Below are positions 13,267 to 26,880 of a stretch of 64,000 nucleotides of DNA, piece by piece (positions within the stretch are counted from its first letter, which is position 1; each line of letters begins with the position of its first letter). The stretch covers positions 1 through 64,000 of the forward strand of contig JAAILG010000035.1 of assembly GCA_012026655.1 (NCBI GenBank), given 5' to 3'. The stretch comes from Hydrolagus affinis (Eukaryota). The notes beneath the pieces were generated by a model. That model was not told the DNA's origin. It saw nothing but the letters and a program-made list of their open reading frames with translations, and did no database searches. The position numbers and the translations under genes are program-made.

Positions 13267-13696
13267 ATCCTCATTCTCACTTTCAAGGCCATTCATAGTC
13301 TTGCCCCCTCCTATCTCTCTGAGCTGCTGACTCCCTATGAACCTGCTTGCCCCAATCTGTTCAGTGGGTTCCAGTCTGCTCCATGTGTCCCGCACGACCC
13401 GCCCTACCGGTGGATGGGCTTTCAGCCTTTTTGCCCCCACACTCTGGAACTCCATCCACACTCCCTTTGCCTCGTTTCCTCCCTTGACTCCTTCAAGGCT
13501 GGTCTCAAGACTCTCCTCTTCACTTGTGCCTTCTGCTGCCCTCCCAATTCTCTCCCTCCGCTCTCAACTCTCTCTATCCTATTCCCCCTTTCCTGCCTCT
13601 CCCCCTTGCTCGGGTCCCGACCTGACTGTTCAGCACCTTGGGACATCCTCCCAATGTGAGGGGTGCGCTTTAAATGTAGTTTTGTTGTTGTTGTTG
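13267..13696 (+). mobile_element. L2 LINE 3' fragment inserted into the CR1
   Basis: Encodes ILILTFKAIHSLAPSYLSELL..AFSLFAPTLWNSI (L2 ORF2 C-terminus), followed by a stem-loop tail and (TTG)n. Confidence 0.88.
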
Positions 13697-14185
13697 AATC
13701 GCTTCCACAAGGTCATACTTCTCCAAGTGTTTAGTTACTCTGTCCCTGATGATGGATTCCAGCATTTTCCCTACAACTGACGTTAAGCTAACAGGTCTAT
13801 AATTTCCTGGTTTCTCCCTCCCTACTTAAATACAGGAGTGACATTTGCAATTTTCCAATCTAAGGGCACAATTTCTGAATCTAGTAAGCTTTGGAAAATT
13901 ATGACTAATGCATCTGCAATTTCCTCTCCTATTTCCTTTAACACCCTGGGGTGGAAACTATCAGGTCCTGGAGATTTGTCTATGTTGAGGTTCATTTTTT
14001 TCTCCATTACCATTTCAAAATTTATAGTTATTTTATTAAGCATTTCTTTTTGACTTGTTTTCTGATTCCTTTGTATGTCTGGTATTTTGCCCTCATCTTC
14101 TACTGTAAAAACTGTAGCAAGCTTATTTCGCAAATCAGCCATTTCTTTAGTTTCCGTTATAGTCTCACCTGTATCTGTCTTTAAC
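13697..14185 (-). mobile_element. CR1 LINE ORF2 remnant, 5' part
   Basis: Peptides KSPGPDSFHPRVLKE..DWKIANVTPVFK and PGNYRPVSLTSVVGKMLESII; joins 12400-13266 once the L2 insert is removed. Confidence 0.92.
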
Positions 14186-14659
14186 GCACCACAGAAATAG
14201 ACATTCCTGCTGTGAAGTTTATTCTACCTCCAGGGATCTTGGTGACACGTTATTGTCCTCCCAAAAAAGTAATAATATTAATCTGGTCACTCAATCCACT
14301 ATTGTTTGTGGAACACTGCTGTGTGCCATTGGCTGCTACGTTTTGCCCATAAAACATACAGTCAATTCACTTTACATTATATACAGTGAAGAGCTTTGAG
14401 ATGCCTCAAAGACATGATAAGGCATCATATCAAATACAATTATTTTTATTATGATTGTTGGCCGGAGCCCTCCCTCCCTGTTTCTTGTGTTTGCCACGGA
14501 TTACCACCTCACTGCTTGATCCTGGATTTTGCAAATGGGTCAGTGGAAGCCTCTGCTATGTCCACAGGAGCTTGGATCCATAAAGGAGGACTGTTTGTAC
14601 ACAGGTCTAGTGTAATGCATGCTTGATCTGAATTGGGTCCACGCTGTCCTTGAAGAAGG

Positions 14660-14964
14660 ATAATCCTTGCATTTTTGATACAGCGCTTTTCATGTCTATT
14701 AGATGTCTCAAAGCGCTTCACAGAATAAACTGTAAAGTGAATTGACTGTATATTTGTGGATGAAACGTGGCAGCGAATTGCATACAGAAATGTCCAACAA
14801 ACAGTCGTGGATTGAAATGACCAATTTTATTATTGTTTTGTTTTGAGGGATTATTATCAGGCGTGTGAAGTAAGAAAACTTGCCCAAGGTTTCGCCCTGA
14901 CCTGCCTGGATTCGAACACAAGTCACACGCTTGTAAGGCGAGTGGTCCAACCACTGAGCTACAG
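14660..14964 (-). mobile_element. Full-length tRNA-derived SINE (short subfamily)
   Basis: Head tgtagctcagtggttggaccactcgccttacaagcg..gttcgaatcc, family body and tail. Confidence 0.88.
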
Positions 14965-15606
14965 CATGCCCTTTGCAGCAAGGTCCTCCAGGACTGTGTC
15001 CAGGCTGAAGTTGGTGTCCAACAAAACCCCGAGGTTACTGATAAGAGTCAACGATTAGGACTGATGCACCTTGTATCTTCCAATCAATTCCCTCAATGTC
15101 ATCTATTGAATTGTGCAGAATAATGATTCCGCACTTCATTGCTTGTGCAGCTAGGTAGAGATGGTTGTTGAGGATAGCCTCTTTATATTAGCCTTTTAGG
15201 GTTCCCTTAGACTTCCTTTCAATTTGTGACACAAGGATGAGTAGATAGCTGTATATTTTCCAGGGTTCCTTTATCTATTCATTTGAAGACGTTGAGTGAA
15301 GGTGATCAATTTGAATCTAGATAATCAAGACCCTTTTAAGTATATTTTTAAGGCTTTTGCTAACATGTACTTTGGTGCCTGATATCAACTATTTCCCTGT
15401 GTTCCCACAATGTGATATCATTAGATTTGGCTCTCAGTAAAATGGATATTTCTGTTTGGAGAGACCACCTAAAGATACTGTCTAGGTTTGTTTGAGTATT
15501 TGTTTTGGAAATTGAGCAAACTACATGTGTGCATCTTATGATACATGAGATCAGATTGTCTCTCCATTGATCATCCAGCAAAAGCAAAAGTGTCACAATA
15601 GTACTA

Positions 15607-15817
15607 CAGTAAAAGCCCATTTATCAAGCACCCTCGGAACCTGGCCAATGCTGGTTAAAGCGTGTGCCGGATATTCGGCCGAAAACACAAAAAAATTTAA
15701 AATAAAATAATGCATTGTGCCAGATAAATTCCAGTTAATCGAATGTGTTTTTTTTTTGAGGTGCCAGTTATACGGAAGTTACAGTTGATCGGGTCATGGA
15801 TAAATGGGCTTTTACTG
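15607..15817. mobile_element. pogo/Tigger-like MITE, short copy (211 bp)
   Basis: Perfect 19-bp TIR CAGTAAAAGCCCATTTATC with TA TSD on both sides. Confidence 0.9.
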
Positions 15818-17947
15818 TACTGTGTTGTTTTAGTTGGTTAAACTCCAAGCTCTGACTCCTGCAAATTTGCACCTGATACGTTTCTGGAATTCGGTAAATA
15901 GAGTGAGACACTCCAGTGAATGAGTGTGCATTCCATTCTACACACAAGGACATTTCCATGTGTAGGTGGCACCCAAATATTAAACCCTGTACTTAGACAT
16001 GCATGTTTGGGTTTCCATATGTATCAGACAGCTTTTTATGTATCCAAAAAATTACGCCATTGGCCCCTTTTGGAAAATCTAAACATTTGTAGAAACATTC
16101 CCTTTGCACAGCTAAGATGCTAAATACCGAATAATGACTCTAGATTTCATTTGGACTTTGAGCTGTGGTGGTGACTGAGTTTGGCACTAATGACAGGGAG
16201 CTCACTTGCTGTGTGATTTGCATGCAAAATAAATGCGCTAATGGGCAGACTGGAACAGGGAAACTTTTCACATCCTGCTGTTTTTTCTTCTCTCCAGAAG
16301 TTAAATGCTTCTGAAGCTTTTCTTTCTTCGATGCATCTTAAAACAGACAGCTTCTGTTATGAATTTTTGTGCAGAATTTGATATTAGTTTGCAATATGAA
16401 CATTCTTTTTGTGTAATAATATATTTTGTTTGCTAATGAAATCTAGGAACGTAGGAATGTACTGGCTGGAAGAAACTATTGCAGTCCATTTAGATGGCAC
16501 TGTTGCAGATTGCTTAAAGGCTAAATTGGCAATTAGACATTGCCAATAAGAACCAAATAGATGCATAAAAGTATTCTGGGAAAGTGATTCGGCAGTGTTG
16601 AAGAGAATAGATGTGTAGGGTTGAAATAATAATAATAATCCTTGCATTTGATATAGCGCTTTTCACGTCTTCTAGAAATAAAGAATCTAAACTGTGTTGT
16701 GGATTGACAAATAATGCAATCAGAAATATATTATTGTATATTCATATATCCATCTCTTGCAGCCCTCAATTAATTCCTTTATCAAATAGCTATTTTGTCC
16801 CCTCTTGAATTTGCTGATACAATCTGCCTCCACTATCTGGAGTTGGTTGCCCATTGCCCTCAGCTGTCCATCGAAATGAATTACCTTTGACATAGCTCCT
16901 AACCTTCCTTCTTTCTGAGCCACCATTAAATATTCAGTAACCCATTTGTGTGCCATGCAGTTTTTCTTTTTATCCCTGGATTTTGTGTTTGTTAGTTCAA
17001 GAATATTTGTCCTGGGGAAAATCATGGATGCTGGTACATTAAATGGACTCAATTGTCAGCATTGAGTGCACTAAAGTTGGGCACAATTCAAGCCAAAGGC
17101 CCTAAGTTCTTACCATCTTAATTACCCACAAAATAACACTTGCATTTGAAGTTGATTTCTCTGACATTGGCTGTACCCATGTGCTCTGTACCTTTGAAAA
17201 ACTGGCATCAAATGCTTTGACAATAATTATGTGGGTTTTAAGGAGACAAGTTTGTGTGCAAAATTGACTATTAACTGTATTAATACCATGTGCATGTATG
17301 GAATTTGAACTTTCCTTTTAGCTTTCCCACACAGATGTGTACACATAGATACACACAAATGCAGATGCACATATGTGGCTGCGGACACTTATAGAAGAGT
17401 CCACATCTTTACTATATATTGCGCCCCAGCAATGTATTGATTTAATTTAAAACTGCCACCCTATATAAAATGAATTAAAATTAAATGCAATCCGAAATTT
17501 CATTCAAACTTTTCAAACTTGAAATGTTATGTGTGTAAGCTATACAGTAGATAGACTTTTAAAAATTAGGCTAATTGACACTGTATTGCAAGTTGTCAAT
17601 CATCATTAAGAGGAAGCCTTTGAAGGTGGCTGGGCTTGCCCAATGATGAATGTAATACTGTTTTAGCTAAGTAAATAATTATTGGATAATAAGTGTCAAT
17701 GCTGTAAGCTAGTGTACATTTATCATCATTAAAGAAAACCAATCCTTTGAGTAATAATAAGAGCAGAGCAAGAGTACAGAGGCTGATTAGCTGCTGTGCT
17801 CCATATTCACTGTTGGAGGCAACTACAGTACAACCCAAATTACCTAGCAACATTTAACTGTATCTATTGTGTTGAATGTTTCCCAATGAAGCCAAACTAC
17901 ATCAGTCTGTTTCCCCTTTTCCTGCTCCTGTTAAAATGTTCCTCACA

Positions 17948-18024
17948 GCAACAACAACAACAACAACAACAACAACTTAAACTTATAAAGCGCCTTTCAC
18001 GTCGGGAGGACGTCCCAAGGCGCT
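17948..18024 (-). mobile_element. Isolated L2-type 3' tail with (CAA)n microsatellite
   Basis: Reverse complement agcgccttgggacgtcctcccgacgtgaaaggcgct..(TTG)n. Similar stubs lie near 18240, 23160, 27850, 28105, 33115, 35840, 38750, 39920, 40125, 40660, 60780 and 62865. Confidence 0.8.
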
Positions 18025-19469
18025 GGATCAGTTTCCTTTAATAATCCCAGATCGACATCATTGAACAATGACCTGGATTGAATCCAGACAACTTGTACCC
18101 TAGCATTTTAGTTTGCTAAAAACATGCTATTACAGCCATCATCTGGGGCGGGAACTGCACTGAGTCTGTGTCCAAACCATGTTTCCTCATGACTGACAGG
18201 CCTGTAAATAGTACCAATACACTGGTTGAACGTTTATTGGGACATCCTCCCGAAGTGAAAGGCGCTATAACAAAATATAATGTTGTTGTTGTTATTGCTT
18301 TTTTCAGATTATATGCATTTGAGTAGCACCTATGAATTAAGATAAACAATGAACTAATAATAGTAATCTTTGCATTTGAGATAGCATTTTAAGATTGATA
18401 GCATGATATCAATAAATCCAAACTTACATTTATATAGCGCCTTTCACGTCAAGAGGACGTCCCAAGGCGCTGTACAGTCAAGTAGGGACAAGAGCTGGGG
18501 CGGGGCGAGGAGGGGTCAGGGGAAGGAGAGTAGGAAAATTGACTGTATATTTGTGGCGAAACGCGGCAGCCAAATTGCGCACAGCAGTGTCCCACAGTCA
18601 TTGAAGCGGGATCAGGGGAGAAAGGGGGGAAAGATGGAAAGGAGGGAAACATGGCAGGGGGGTGGGGTCGGGGTAGGGGGAAGGAGAGCAGGAAAACCGA
18701 CTGTTTATCTGTGGGCGAAACGCGACAGCTTTGCTGTAAGTACATAAACTAAAATGGGAAAATTCTGTTGCTTCTTAAAAATTCAAACTAAAACACTTTG
18801 TTTGCGAGGGGCGCCTGGGTGTGGGAGGTTGTTGACTTTCAGTGATATCCTGGCTATTTAGATTAAAATACACAGTACAGTCATTGCAACGGGGAGCTTT
18901 TTAAAATCATGATTCAGTTAACAATCGGCTTTACAACGTGCTTGTTACAACTTGATCTTGGCAATCTCACGCACCTCATCACAGAATATCACCAGGCCAC
19001 CTTGTTTTAAAACATGGCACTTTAATCTACAAAATGGAAGAATTAATTTTTTTTTAATGTAGTTTAAAAAAAAAAGTTTCGCAAAATACTCCTGGGACAC
19101 ACACTAGCAATGAGAGTCGAGGGCTGCGCTTGCTCAAGGACCACTCACTATGTGCTTCACAATAGTGCATGTGTCATGAACACAGCTTTAAAAAGAACAA
19201 CAGAAAGCTCCACGCTCCTAGAGGTTCACATGGCCCTTGAACAAATCTGACAATGGGAACTTCAGGATTTAATTAGTCAATGCTCAATCTGCCTGTTCAG
19301 GTGAAAGTTTTAAGATCTCATGACATATATGAAAAGAGAAGGGAGTTTTTCTTAGTGTCCTGACCAACAATTCTCTCAGATAAAATTGGTCGTTCACTTC
19401 ACAAGGCATGAAAACATTTTTCTCTTTTCAAATTGCGCCATATGATCATTAAAGTCCTCTGGAATTGGT

Positions 19470-19630
19470 AGATGTTTTAGCATCTCAACTGAAAGACTGC
19501 AGCTTTGTCAATGCAGCACTCCCTAGACCAGCATTGAAGTATCAGTTCTAGACCATGAGCTAAAATCCCCAATATAGGATTTGAACTCACAACTATCTCA
19601 CTCAGAGGTGAGGGTACTATCAAGCTGACA
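19470..19630 (-). mobile_element. DeuSINE 5' head fragment
   Basis: Reverse complement ctctgagtgagatagttgtgagttcaaatcc..gtgctgcattgac..gtctttcagttgagatg matches the head and start of the core seen at 56419. Confidence 0.65.
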
Positions 19631-22600
19631 CCAAAGAAGGGGCAACTGGTTGATGAATCATTAAAAAGAGATTTGCACTTGATATAGAAATTAATAGACA
19701 CAATGAAATTGTATGCTACCAGGATTTTATTTAGCATCTTTTAGGAACAGTAATTTTGAACCCTGCTCCAGTCCAGTCATACTAAAATACACTAAAACTA
19801 GAAATAAAGTCACTACACTTGATAACGATTATTTGGAAGCTTTGAGATCTTTCTATGTTACTGCTTTAATATCAAATTGAAGGAATATTAATTTAATAAT
19901 TCTTGCATTTCATGAAGTAACGTAGGTTATATAATAAGGGTTCAGGAAGAACGACGTGCATAATTATTGAGCACAACTACAAGCTATCACTTTAGTTAAA
20001 GCGAAAAGCTTTAGGGGGATGTTTGGTGCACATTTGTATGGAAAAGCAAATATTTTGTGGTATTTCACTAGTCGTGCCAACAGCTACACTGTTGATACAA
20101 TTTTTTATTGGATTACTTTTAGCACATTCTAGGAAAAAAAAACCTTTTCAAATCTACTTTTGAAATAGACCTGGATAAATCAAAACTCTGGCATGTTAGT
20201 GAAATACATTATGTTTCTTTCCTCATTTCCTGAAGCTATCGTCAATGTTGCTTTGTAGCTTCTAGTTACATTAATATGACCAAAGTGACAGCCTTAAGTA
20301 GAGTCACAGGCCCAATTTTCAGAGACTAACCTGTAAATCATCACAGCATGATTTGGACCCTTTTCAGGTCAATTATGCAAAATTGCTATTTTCAACACTA
20401 TTATGTTCGTTGGGAAAATCCCAAATAAAGTCATAATGAAGCAATAATGAGACCAATGGCACCACAGCATTCTGTGACCATCATTTTCACATCCCCGAGG
20501 CAAATGTAAAATAGCACACAAGATACAGCCTCGGTAGCTTTTCATAAAGGAAGGAAATATCAACAAATAACATGTTACGAACACGATCTGATTACCAGAG
20601 CAGCAAGGAAGATCCTTAATTGTTTTAATTTTATAATATTAAACATTAAGTAGTTCAATTTTTGCTTCTCTTCCCTCCTGGTACAGGCAACACTTTTATA
20701 CATAAAGAACCACAATATGTTCGCAGTCCAGGTGGAGTTCCTGTTCCTGTGCTCGGGCTGTCAGGCTCGGCCTTGGGCTCTGCCATTGTGAAGCGCTCTG
20801 AGATGCCACACGGTGTGGAAGGCTATATACAAATGCAATTTATATACAATTGTTGTTGTCAGCTCTTTCACTGCAACTATCTGCTCTATTTCCGTTTAAT
20901 ACCCAGTCACTACACTTCACATTTAAAAACAATCCTGTGAAGCGCTTTGAGACCTTTCTACACAATATGATAAGGCACAATATCAAATGTATTGTACCAA
21001 TTATTATTATTTCTATTCTCCCAGTTTTCCCTATACTGTATAATATCAGCAGTGTAAACAGATTCCAAATTCATTTTTAATTGGTGTTTGGATTTGGCTT
21101 CAACTGCCATTTATCCTAACATATTCTGTAATTCTGTCAACCATGCGTTTAAAATATTCTTTCCATCCTTTCTTGTTTTTCTGATGATAATCCTCAATTT
21201 ATGTCCTCTTGTTTATGGACTCACTGATCAGTGGAAATAGCACGTACTGTAAAGATGGAACTCAAATCCACAAGAAGGAAAACTTCGCTGGGTATTACAG
21301 ACCCCTATCATACCCGTGGACAGAAACATGCTTATTTTTTGCACCCAGAAACAGACACTCAATCTCATAGAAAAGATTTGGTATTGCTCTCTTCTTGTAA
21401 TTATACAGTAGTTGTTATGAAATAACTGATGTGACTGTTTTAAAGATAGCAGTGGGGCAGACTGACCATTAGTGGGACTGGTCTATTTGTCAGGCTTACT
21501 TTACCAATAATTGTAGTAATAATACTTACACCTTTTAGCACTTTTCACTTCGGAAATGCGTCCCAAAGCGCTTCACAACATATGCTGCAAAGTGCAGTGA
21601 TTGTGTGTTTTGTAGACTGTGTTACTGTGTGTGAGTGTATGATGTGCAGACGATTGTGGAAATAAGACTTGCAAAGATGTTACATTATCTGCTCCAATAG
21701 CCAACATTTGCCACTGAGCGTGAGTGTGAGATTTCAAGTTTTTTAATTACCTTATGGATTTTTATAGGATATGATACACTGTGCCGATTCAAAGGCAAGC
21801 GGTGTTGTACCTTATCTCTATTTGAATACCATTTGTATTTTAAAAAAAAGTACAGTTTGCATTATGCCTATTGCATAATCAAATTTGTGTCTGATTTGCA
21901 AAAAAGCCTTTTTCAGATGCCTTTTCAAGGATAAATCAAGAAACAAAAGTACTGGGGTAATACTGGATAAGCATCTGCACTGGCCAAGAGAAAGAATGAA
22001 AGAGAAACTGATCTGAAAGATAAACTTACATTTTGAGTCTATCGGCCCTACGTTACCAGTACAGATAAAATCAATTAATATTACTTGACCTGAGATGGAA
22101 ACCTGGAGATGGGAGTACTCTAATAGTGTTTTGTCTCTACTGTTAATTGTCCCTTCATATCATGTTTGGCTTTCATGTATATTGTTAATAGCTCAACCTT
22201 GATAGATACTATCCTCCTTGGGGCGAGAGGGGAGGTAAACAGGATCTTTTTAGATTGAAGTGACTCTATGGGGAAATGCTTAGCATCAGACAGTCACATT
22301 GATTCAGCCCTCTATAGTCAGTCGTGGGGTTCATCGCTAGGACTTGATAGGGGCAACTGGGAGCAGGGATTCTTCCCACTCAGTTTCTGTTAATCCTGAA
22401 AGCCAAAGCACTAATAGGTAGGATGGTCTTAACTGCACAAGCAGAAAGAAACTTGCCAGACAATGCTTTCAATAACAAGCTACGTGGTTTTAGTTGCTTA
22501 AACCCTAGCAGTTCCCTAATTCACACTCTGGGGTTGCCGACCCTTGGCTCTTATAACCTGCGTTTAACACTCTAGAATTTGGTAAGCATTATACGTGTGC

Positions 22601-24279
22601 TGCTCAGGAGATAGGATTCCTTTCCATTCCAAACATAGGAATTTCCATGTGTAGGTGGGAAGTGTTTAACTTGAGCACGGCGATGGGTTTAGCTACCCAG
22701 CTCGCTCCCTTAAAAAAAGGGCTCTATAAACCAGAGAGCTAGACATTGATGTGCAATTCTAGTTGGAGAGGTCTGCCTACTTTGGGGAGACAATTAATAC
22801 CTCTGCTGCCCTCTTTATATATCGTAATAAATGGATACCGTTTAAAGCTTACCATAGTTTTGGTGTCATTAGCCATAAATGGGAGCCGTGTTTGTCTCTC
22901 TCTCTCTCCCTCTGTCTCTCCATCTATATAGAGAGCCCAATAGTTTATCCAGTCATAAAGCTGGGAGAGCCACGGTGCTTATGCAGAACAGGCAGAGAAA
23001 TTTAGGACAATTGCTTGGGTGAGCTGTTTTACCGTGGAGGATCCCTTCGCTTTCCAAAGGCCGCTGTCCGCCTTTACAAAGGGGAGGTCATCACCAAGAA
23101 ACTTGCGGACAGGAAGCGATAGGACAAGATTCTCCTTAACACTGGACAGTGGTGCCCAGCACCTTCGGATGTCCTCCTGACGTGAAAGGCTGTATATAAG
23201 TGTAATTTTGTTGTTGTTGCTGTTGGAGGAGGAAGAGGTTGTGCAACAGTAGGCTGTTCTGTTTCTGGTGAAGAGCTGAGAATGCAGAATGGAGACCAAC
23301 CAAATGCCATCCTTTTGTCTTAGGAAAAAATGAAGACCAATTCCAACAGCCAAAGGCTTTCCTGACATTATGGAAAAGTACAACTGTGGGTGTGGCCCAC
23401 ATCTGTGTTTGTAACTGACATTTTGCAAGCCACAGTTATAAATTCAGGAGTATTTTAAGCAATAATTAAAACCATGTTACTGAAAGCGTCAGTTTTTCTA
23501 TCACAAGGACATAATTCTCAAAATTATTTGGTTTGCCCATAAAAGAGATAAAAATGTTGGTATTGGGGAAAGAATATTTTTAAACATTCAACATACAGTA
23601 CAAGAGTCCCTGGTGATTTGTAGAGCGCCTTTCAGGTCGAGAGGACATCCCAAGGCACTGAACAGTCAGAGGTCAGGATCCAAGTATGGGGGAGGGGGCA
23701 CAGTTGGGATGAGGGAAAAAGGTATTGATTCAGAATTGATTCTTGAAGAAGCTTACCTGCATGTCCCAGCACTCGTATCCTTCACTTCTCTGTTTTTTTT
23801 AAGTAGGGCTGTCCTCTCATCCCCCCAACTAGAATCTGAAGATCTAAAGATTTTAAACATTTTAAATTGTATTTTATTGTAATAATATTATTTATATAGA
23901 GCCTTTTACTTTGGGAGGACATTCCATGGCGCTGGCCTGGCACCATGGCAGGGATAGAGGCCAAATGGGGGTAGGGAAGGACATCTAAAAGCACAATCAA
24001 ATAGGTATGTTTGAGGTGTGCCTTAAAAGAGGAGATGGAGGGAGCGAGTGAGGTGGAGGAACTTTGCGGTAGAGATCCAGAGAGCATGTTTTTGATCACT
24101 GTGTTTTGAGTTGACTTAAAAGTTGACTTGAATTGTCCAGTGTCCAGTGAAATGTCAGTGCAGCACCTGCTCCATCAATCCAAGATGGAAACAGAATGCT
24201 CCATGGATCCCATTCCCAACCTGGTTATTTCCCACTTCCAAATACAGCAACAACAGAATCTGCCAAGCAGAGGCAAGGT

Positions 24280-24592
24280 GGGTCCCCATCAGGAGACAGG
24301 GGTTGAGAAATTGGTAACTGGAGGTTAGAAACTCAGGATTGTTGTGAGTGTTGGAGTTAAGGGAAATTCTTTCAGTACAGGGATGTTAGAACATTGAACG
24401 CAGAGCCAAAAGCAGCTTCTGAAGCTGAGACCATTTAGATGAGGTAATTAGATGAGGATTGTGAAGAACATTATAACGGGGTATAGGAAAGAATGGGGAA
24501 ATTTAGATTAGAATGGTTAACTTCAGTGGATGAGCTAAGATTGATGATTTAAATGCCTTCCTTCTGCATTGTAATTTCTATGGATCCTATAA
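24280..24592 (+). mobile_element. Old CR1 3' end
   Basis: Decayed ttaagggaaattctttcagtacagggatgttagaac region and a ..ttctatggatcctat tail, resembling 35160-35519. Confidence 0.55.
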
Positions 24593-26880
24593 AACCACTT
24601 TGTCATTCACCTTAAAGTTGGTGCTGCTCCTGGCAGGATCTTTGTAAGTTAAATGCTTTTCTAGTAGTTTTCTCCTAAAATCACATGATCTTATATTATG
24701 AAGGATGCTCCCAATAGCAACTAGTTTTAAGAGTATGAATAAGACTGTTGAATTTCCTTATGAATTGGGTTGATCCTGACTCACGCAGCACACACAGAAT
24801 CCTTACAACTGGCGTGGAATAATTTTCAGCGGGTCACCATGGGGCTTTATTTATATCTAAATTTAATCCGATGAGTCAATTCACTTTATAGTATATTCTG
24901 CAAAGCGCATTGAGACATCTGGAAAACGTGATGAGGCGCTATGTCAAATGCAAGGATTATTATTATTGTTGCACCGCACAGTTTCTTCCTGTTTTTGCTT
25001 CTTTCTATTTATACTTCAATAAAAAAAAGGTTAGCAACAACATATTTTATGCAGTAGTTTTATCCACTAAACTTCACATTCTTACACTAGAACTTGCTGC
25101 TTAATGTAACATATGTACCTCTCGCAGATGTGATTGTTCTTTTCTGTTAATTTTAGCCCAGGACACTTTTTACTAAGTATTTGGTGATAAACTCCTTTAA
25201 ACTACCAGATAAATTATGTACATTAATTGCTTATAACAGGATTGAAAATAAAGGAAAAGTATAGCTCAACAATAAGTTGCATTTATATTGAGCCTTTGAC
25301 ACAGGATAGGATGTTGACCGGCTGCAATTAAGAGGATCAGACTGTTGAGATTGTTTCTTTTGCTGCTGGCAACTTAGAAACATCTTCAATGAAAAACACT
25401 CAGATAACGTTTCACTTTTAGAGATTGTATGAGTCTAGAAAAACTCATTTTATACTCAAAATAAGCCTGGACAAAAAAAGTTTGCCCAAGTTTTTCTCAA
25501 CATAAATTAAGTTCAGACGAACTCTTAAGATAAATTACACATTGCATACGTAAGGAGCAGCCTCAATATGCCAAATGGTTTTTTTGTGTTCCATACTTTA
25601 CTAGGACATCGACCAGCAACTAGTAACCAAGGCAATATCTCTTTTTTAGGAACCTCAAAGTACTGATGATTGTTTTCCAGGGATGGAAATGGGAAAGTCA
25701 GAAAACAAGCATCTTTGAGGATTTTTAAACAAAACGGGTTGAATTGTACAATCTATATTTGTCGCTTTGTCGATCTTGGACTTCATTGCAAGTGTACAAC
25801 CTGGCCTCAGATCAATTTAAGATGGCATAAATGTCTGTAATTTACCCCAAACCATCTGTTGTGCTACATATAAACTTACCAGCAGATTCCTGAATCCATT
25901 ACTTGTGAAGAGATCCATTGGATGTTATTTTTGAACTTCCTGTGTGCATTACTGGAATAAAATTACATCCATTGAATGTTTACTTTTAAAATAAAAAGAA
26001 TAAAATGACATATGTTTTCATTTTAGAATTTTTGGTGGAATTTCATCCACCCCCCCTCCTCAAAATAGCTATAAAAAAACACACCATGTTGGGGAGATGT
26101 TTAGTTTTTTGGAAGTTTGGTTAACATCTTTGATTAATTTTCCCTGTTATCCTCTGGAACTAAATGCAGCACTTGCGACATGTACAAAAGTGAGAAAGAA
26201 TGAAGGGAGGAGACAAAGCATATTTTTCATGGTTTTTTTATAGTTTGGCAGAAACTCGATATGTTTATTGATCATGGGATTTTACACAATGACAGTAAAA
26301 GGGAGATTTGTTAATGCTGTTGCTTATTAGTGCATACAGTGGAACCCTTTTAAAACACTGTAGGTGGGGGTCTATAAAACACTAACCAGCATTATAATGG
26401 AGTGTGCTCATCGCATTGTGATTCATCAATCACAAGTCCAGTAATGTTATTGTGGGCAGACAGACAGGCAGGCAGGCAGGCAGGTCGTCTTGTTACTGTA
26501 GAAACAACAACAAATTATACTTGAACATCACCCATCACATCGGAATGATGTCCCAGGGTGCTAGACAATCAGGGTGCTTGGAGAAAAATGACTAACTTCT
26601 GGGTAATTAGGTTGTCATGTCCAGATAATGACGACAAAGGCAGCCCAATGACTCGTATATCGGGCATTGTTTTGTGCACATCTTATAAGCTAACCCGCCT
26701 AACAACAAAGCAAATTATAACAAGAATCTACTGTAAATACTGAATGAGGATTGCATTTGATGTTATTGATCAAGGCAACATTTCTTGCATAATTTCCATC
26801 ATAATCATAGGAATCCTTACTTTTGATATAGCCCCGTTTCATTTCTGGTCTTTAAGTGCTTCACAGTGCTTCACAGACTA

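Noticed and set aside
17796-18041. PolyQ protein or RUNX2 QA-repeat exon
   Set aside because: The Q run is the (CAA)n tail of a minus-strand L2-type stub; there is no Runt-domain or polyalanine context.
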